A stretch of DNA of 64,000 bases from Bryobacterales bacterium (GTDB lineage Bacteria > Acidobacteriota > Terriglobia > Bryobacterales > UBA6623). The position numbers were made by a program, and so were the translations under genes. The stretch spans positions 1,600,001 through 1,664,000 of the forward strand of contig OY729428.2 of assembly GCA_963422375.2 (NCBI GenBank), written 5' to 3'. The notes below the pieces were generated by a model, which was not told where the DNA came from, did no database searches, and was given only the letters and a program-made list of their open reading frames with translations. Below, piece by piece: positions 59,427 to 64,000 of this stretch (the stretch's first letter is position 1; each line of letters opens with the position of its first letter).

Positions 59427-60149
59427 CTACAGATCCTGCCGTGATGCAAGCAACGCACGGAGTCGAGCCAGCTCCGCCTCCGCCGCTTGTCGCGCACGCA
59501 CGTGCTCGTCTCGCTCCGCCTCCGCTAGTCGGCGCAAACCCTCGTTGCCCTCCGGTGTTGGAATGTCCGGCCCGGTCCGCGGATCGCGGAGCCAGAGCCA
59601 GTTGCCATCCTCCCGCAGATCCAGCCCCAGTGCCTCGCTGCGCGCGACCCTTCCTTCCGGTCCGACCTCCACCGGCAGCCAGCCTCCGCCGCCCCGAACG
59701 TTCCCCGCTAGGCGCTGCCGGCTGTGCCGCTCGCGCGCTTCGAACCGCCGGTACTCGCTCACGCCGATCTCGCGGTAGATGCGGAGCTTCTCGCGTCGGT
59801 CTTCTTTCGCGGTAGCGTCCGACAGCACGTCCAGCACGAAGTCCGGCGGCCCCTCCTCCCACACCAAGTAGTGCCTGCGCACCCCGCGGTCCATGCCGAG
59901 TGTCACGAAGATGTCCGGGTCCACGCTCGTCTTGTTGTCGCCTTCGCGGTAGAACATCAGCAGGTCGCCGCCCCAGTGAGAGTCCTGCCGGCCGCGGAAA
60001 TGCACGGCGAGCGCCTGTTCCACGTAGTGGATGACTCGATGCTGGTACTCAGTTTCCGGCACATTCGGCGCGTATTCGGGATACTCGACCTCCGTCGGAC
60101 GCGGTCTCGCAATCGCGACCGGCTCAGCGCGACTCGCAATCGACGACAT
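59427..60149 (-). CDS. Uma2 (DUF820) family PD-(D/E)xK nuclease-like protein, possibly decaying
   Basis: PET..H, DLL.FY, PDIFV, PDFVL(D)V.S, K..IY..IGV.EY, C-terminal coiled coil. Confidence 0.88.
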   Translation of the reverse strand: MSSIASRAEPVAIARPRPTEVEYPEYAPNVPETEYQHRVIHYVEQALAVHFRGRQDSHWGGDLLMFYREGDNKTSVDPDIFVTLGMDRGVRRHYLVWEEGPPDFVLDVLSDATAKEDRREKLRIYREIGVSEYRRFEARERHSRQRLAGNVRGGGGWLPVEVGPEGRVARSEALGLDLREDGNWLWLRDPRTGPDIPTPEGNEGLRRLAEAERDEHVRARQAAEAELARLRALLASRQDL

Positions 60150-61676
60150 GCTCCCAGCCTCGGGTCTTCAAACCTGACGCGACTGTAGCAGGGGCGGCCC
60201 AGTCCTCCCCTCGCAGCGCTGTCCTGTGCGAAACCAGCCTGAATCTGGTGCTTCGACCGGGACTCGATCCCCAAGGGCGTGCCTGGGTGCAGCGACCATG
60301 GACGTCATGGCCGTGCGGAGGGTCTTGGCGCGACCCTGGGTGTCGGCGCCGCTACTGGTATACGTGGATGGCCGGGCCGAAAGAAATCAGGCAGCATCCA
60401 TCGAATGGACTCACCGCGATCGCGACCGGGCTCCCATTTAGTCGCTCGGTTGGAAGAATCGCACAATCCCAGGAGACTTGGCCGTATTGCGGCCCGCAGG
60501 CAGAACTAGGATCCCCGAACGCTCCAGGAGCTGTTGCGGCCGGTGACTGAACTGCGCGCGCCAGCCCCGGAGCTGGCAGATCATGCGCGCCAGTTCGCCG
60601 CGCCCTGAGCGGGACAGCGCAGCCAAGAGTGGTCGACTGCAGCGCTCGATACCCGCATCGCTGGCAGGCCCTCCAGGCATGGGACTCCGCCCCAATGGAT
60701 CAGGAGGCGGACAGTTGAATGTTGAGACGAGAAGGTCTCGCCGCCGCTGCCGGTCGATTCCGCAAGCCAATCGCTACCGCTGCGGCATGTCCGTATAGAT
60801 CCCTGCCCACCGCCGTCGTTTACCACCTCATAGCTCCTGCCTGACCGCACGGTCACGACCGGTCCTTGGAGTGGCGTGCGCCCCTCATGCCGGACGACCT
60901 TCGCAACCTCCGGACCGCGATCCACGCGCAAGGGGAGGGAGGCGCGAACCGCCGGTCCTTCGTGTTGAGCTAAATGGCCTGGTATGAAGACATGCTGACC
61001 GCCGGTTGGCGGAGAGTGGGCTGCAGCCGGAGAGCGGCCAGAGTGGAGGGAGAGACTCAAGAGCGCGTCCGCGAGCGTGAAGTCGCAGCGGCATTCGCAA
61101 AGCGGTCCGGACGCAATCGTTCGAAAGGCACGCCGGAGACCACGCATGGAGGACAGAATTGTCGAGGATCAGGCGTTGGCCGTGTCGTGCGACTTCCACT
61201 TGCTTCCTGAATTGCGGGAGCGGTGCGTCCAGGAGAGGTGCGGAGCAATCCCTGGTCAGCAAAAAGACGGTGTTCGCGATGTTCTCTAGTTGTCCGACGA
61301 CCATCCCTCGGTCAGGCCGCCGCTTGCGCTGCAAGGCGAAGTCGATGCCGGAGTGGAGAAGCGTGACTTGGAGAACGCGGTCGCCGCCGCGCCCGGACTG
61401 GCACGTGCGGAGGGCGGGGCCCGGCCTGGCTACCTTCGAGCGGGCATTGGTCTGGCGGATGCCCCCTATGCCTCGTCCAGAGGCGCACGGTTGGAGGGGC
61501 TCCGCCAACCAGGCCTTCCATAGCGTCGTGCGAAAAGCCGCAACGCGAGCCCTTTCGGCACTGCAAGCAAAGGACTTAGCGCGCACTGAGGGCCTCCGAT
61601 TGGCACCGTGCGACCCAGATCGCCCCGGGATTTGTCGACCACAGGTTGCGGGGCGGGGCTGGCCTCGCTCGTTAGC

Positions 61677-61736
61677 GTCACGGAGAAGTAACGGAGAAGT
61701 AACCGCGCCGTAAGCCAAGGGTAACGCGGCAGTCAT
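61677..61736 (+). promoter_or_regulatory. Array of six 11-bp-phased Pho-box-like direct repeats
   Basis: GTCAC 61677, GTAAC 61688, GTAAC 61699, GTAAG 61710, GTAAC 61721, GTCAT 61732, directly upstream of phoX. Confidence 0.78.
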
Positions 61737-61799
61737 ATCGAGTCGAGACGATCAGATTCGCGCTTCCGACCGAGGAAGTGGCGATCCAAAGGAGACTCA

Positions 61800-63713
61800 A
61801 TGACAGACAAGCGACTCTTTCTCTCGGGGGATGTTGGATTCGAGGGCAGCGAGCCGAGGCGGGCGTGCAGCGACACGTTCGACGAGGTGCTCTCGCGCCG
61901 GATCCAGCGGCGCTCCCTTCTCAAGGGCGGAGCGCTCGCCCCGCTATTCACCTTGGGCGCGCTCTCGAACCTGAAGGGCCAGCAGCCCGGATGCCAACTC
62001 ACCTTCTCTCCGATCGCCGGCAGCCCGGACGACGAGATCGGCGTGCCGGAGGGATACACGTGGGCGCCGTTGGCCGCTTGGGGCCAGCCGCTGACCCGCG
62101 AAGCGCCGGAGTTCGACCCGAACAACCTCGACCCCGCCGCCCAGCGCCAGCAGGTCGGATACAACTGCGACTTCGTGGCGTGGTTCGACCACATCCACGG
62201 CAGCGGCATCGTGGGCGTGAACCACGAGTACACGAATCCGGACCTGATGTTCCCCAACTACTCGGCGGAGACTACCGACAAGCGGCAGGTCGACTACGAG
62301 ATCGCCGCGCACGGCGTCTCGATGTTCCTGACGACCGCGGATCGGACGGGGGACGCTCATAGGTATCGCATGTACCGCGGCAGCGCGTGCAACCGGCGCA
62401 TCCACGGCGAGACGCCGATCGCGATTTCGGGGCCGGTGGCTGGCAATCCGTTGCTGGCGACAGCATCCGATCCTACCGGCACGACCGTCAACGGCACGTT
62501 CAATAACTGCGGCGGCGGCGTCACGCCGTGGGGCACGTACCTCACCGCCGAGGAGAATTTCGACCAGTACTTCGCGAACAACGGCGCCGTGACGCACGAG
62601 CTGGCCAGGACGGCCAACGACCGCTTCGGCGTGCGCGAAGAGGGTGGCCGCCGCCCTTGGTGGCGGTTCCAGCGGCGCTTCGACTTGAATCGCGAGCCCA
62701 ACGAGATCAACAAGTTTGGCTGGGTGGTCGAGATCGATCCGTACCAGCCGCACTGGACGCCCCGCAAGCGGACTGCGATCGGTCGCTTCAAGCACGAGGC
62801 AGCGGCGACGACCCTGTCCGCGAACCGCAACGCGGTTGTCTACTCAGGCGACGACGCCCGTTTCGAGTACGTCTACAAGTTTGTCTCCGACTGTGCCTAC
62901 GACGAGAGCGACCGCGAGGGAGCCAAGTCGCTCCTCGACAGCGGCACGCTCTACGTCGCCAAGTTCCACGACGACGGCCGCGGCGAGTGGATGCCGCTTA
63001 CGTACGAGAACGGCCCGCTGAACGCCACCAACGGCTTCACTAGTCAGGCCGACGTGCTTCTGTTCCCGCGCCAGGCGGCCGACCTGCTGGGAGCGACACA
63101 GATGGACCGGCCGGAAGACATCGACATCAATCCCGTCACGGGGAAGGTGTACGTGGCGCTCACCAACAACACGCGGCGCGAGGCCGGCAACGAGAATGGC
63201 GCCAACCCGCGCGCTCCCAATCCCATGGGCCACATCGTCGAGATCGAGGAGGCCGGCGGAGACAACGGCGCGACGAGTTTCTCGTGGAACATCTTCATGC
63301 TCTGCGGCGATCCCGCCGACGAGTCGCAGGGAACGTACTTCGCGGGATTCGACGCCAGCCGCGTGAGCAAGATCGCGAACCCGGACAACCTCGCGTTCGA
63401 CCACAACGGCAACCTGCTCATTGCCACCGACGGGCAGCCGCGGCGGATCGGCATCAACGACGGTATCTTCTTCGTGCCGACGGAGGGTCCCGAGAGGGGC
63501 TACAACCGCCAGATCTTCAGCGGAGTCGTCGGTGCCGAATGCGCCTCGGTCATCATGAACTCCGCGCAGGACCTGATGCTCGTGTCGATCCAGCACCCCG
63601 GCGAGGGCGGAACCCGCGAGGAGAGGGTCTCGACATTCGGCGGACCGGTGGTCAACCGGCCCACGGTCGTCGCCGTCACGCGCACCCATGCTCCCTTCCG
63701 CATCGGAGCCTAG
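61800..63713 (+). CDS. phoX: PhoX-family (DUF839) Tat-exported alkaline phosphatase
   Basis: RRSLLK, GYNCD, NHEY, NCGGG.TPWGTYLTAEEN, GRFKHE, MDRPED, PDN, QHPGE; AGGAG RBS. Confidence 0.95.
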   Translation: MTDKRLFLSGDVGFEGSEPRRACSDTFDEVLSRRIQRRSLLKGGALAPLFTLGALSNLKGQQPGCQLTFSPIAGSPDDEIGVPEGYTWAPLAAWGQPLTREAPEFDPNNLDPAAQRQQVGYNCDFVAWFDHIHGSGIVGVNHEYTNPDLMFPNYSAETTDKRQVDYEIAAHGVSMFLTTADRTGDAHRYRMYRGSACNRRIHGETPIAISGPVAGNPLLATASDPTGTTVNGTFNNCGGGVTPWGTYLTAEENFDQYFANNGAVTHELARTANDRFGVREEGGRRPWWRFQRRFDLNREPNEINKFGWVVEIDPYQPHWTPRKRTAIGRFKHEAAATTLSANRNAVVYSGDDARFEYVYKFVSDCAYDESDREGAKSLLDSGTLYVAKFHDDGRGEWMPLTYENGPLNATNGFTSQADVLLFPRQAADLLGATQMDRPEDIDINPVTGKVYVALTNNTRREAGNENGANPRAPNPMGHIVEIEEAGGDNGATSFSWNIFMLCGDPADESQGTYFAGFDASRVSKIANPDNLAFDHNGNLLIATDGQPRRIGINDGIFFVPTEGPERGYNRQIFSGVVGAECASVIMNSAQDLMLVSIQHPGEGGTREERVSTFGGPVVNRPTVVAVTRTHAPFRIGA

Positions 63714-63766
63714 ATCAGCGCTTCGCTTCAGGCGGGTGCTTTCCATCCGTCTTCCAACCGGAAGGT

Positions 63767-63790
63767 CCGGGGGCGCGGCAGCGCCCCCGG
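63767..63790. terminator. GC-rich hairpin between convergent genes
   Basis: CCGGGGGCGC-GGCA-GCGCCCCCGG, a perfect 10-bp stem; no U-tract. Confidence 0.45.
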
Positions 63791-63850
63791 CTACGCTGGA
63801 ACGAAACCTGGAAGCGGCTGCGGGGCGTTCCGAGCGCGCTGCGTCTTCCG

Positions 63851-64000
63851 CTAGCCAAGTAGCCGGATGAGGATGCCGATCACTGCGACGGCGGCACCGA
63901 TCATCCACATCAGCATCCGCAGCTTGGAATCCTGTGCGTCGAGCTTGGCGTTCTGCGCGGCCAGCATGGCTTCGAGGCGGGAAATGGTGTAGCCGGCAGC
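63851..64000 (-). CDS. 3' end of small coiled-coil protein with C-terminal TM anchor (partial)
   Basis: ..RLEAMLAAQNAKLDAQDSKLRMLMWMIGAAVAVIGILIRLLG* running in from the window end. Confidence 0.65.
   Translation of the reverse strand, partial: AAGYTISRLEAMLAAQNAKLDAQDSKLRMLMWMIGAAVAVIGILIRLLG

Overview
High-GC (~70%) bacterial chromosomal window, most consistent with an Acidobacteriota (Bryobacterales-like) organism. This is inferred from a Solibacter-type C-terminal domain protein, a POTRA-only protein, many Gfo/Idh/MocA and sulfatase genes and a small KRRGRxP protein. Most of it is housekeeping and envelope or catabolic genes (lptD, acyl-CoA dehydrogenase, holB, tmk, nagA-like, two sulfatases, thiL, nadE, serS, priA, phoX). 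There are two decayed accessory patches. The first is a 6-kb IS graveyard (6.27-12.0 kb) with five IS types, two of which keep their terminal inverted repeats and target duplications. The second is a hsdM remnant/Uma2 region (58.6-61.6 kb). I found no rRNA, tRNA or CRISPR array. Most notable observations: (1) dead genes decay mainly by A:T->G:C transitions plus 10-18 bp tandem micro-duplications, and two of the duplications give internal evidence of direction; (2) a small coiled-coil/AT-hook-like protein behind a near-consensus promoter, a candidate H-NS/Lsr2-like nucleoid protein; (3) six exactly 11-bp-phased Pho-box-like repeats upstream of phoX; (4) a Tat-exported oxidoreductase/DUF1080/sulfatase/deacetylase cluster suggesting redox-based breakdown of sulfated amino-sugar glycans; (5) two long hairpin-rich intergenic regions that may hold ncRNAs. 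All family calls are from motif recognition by eye, with no database searches.
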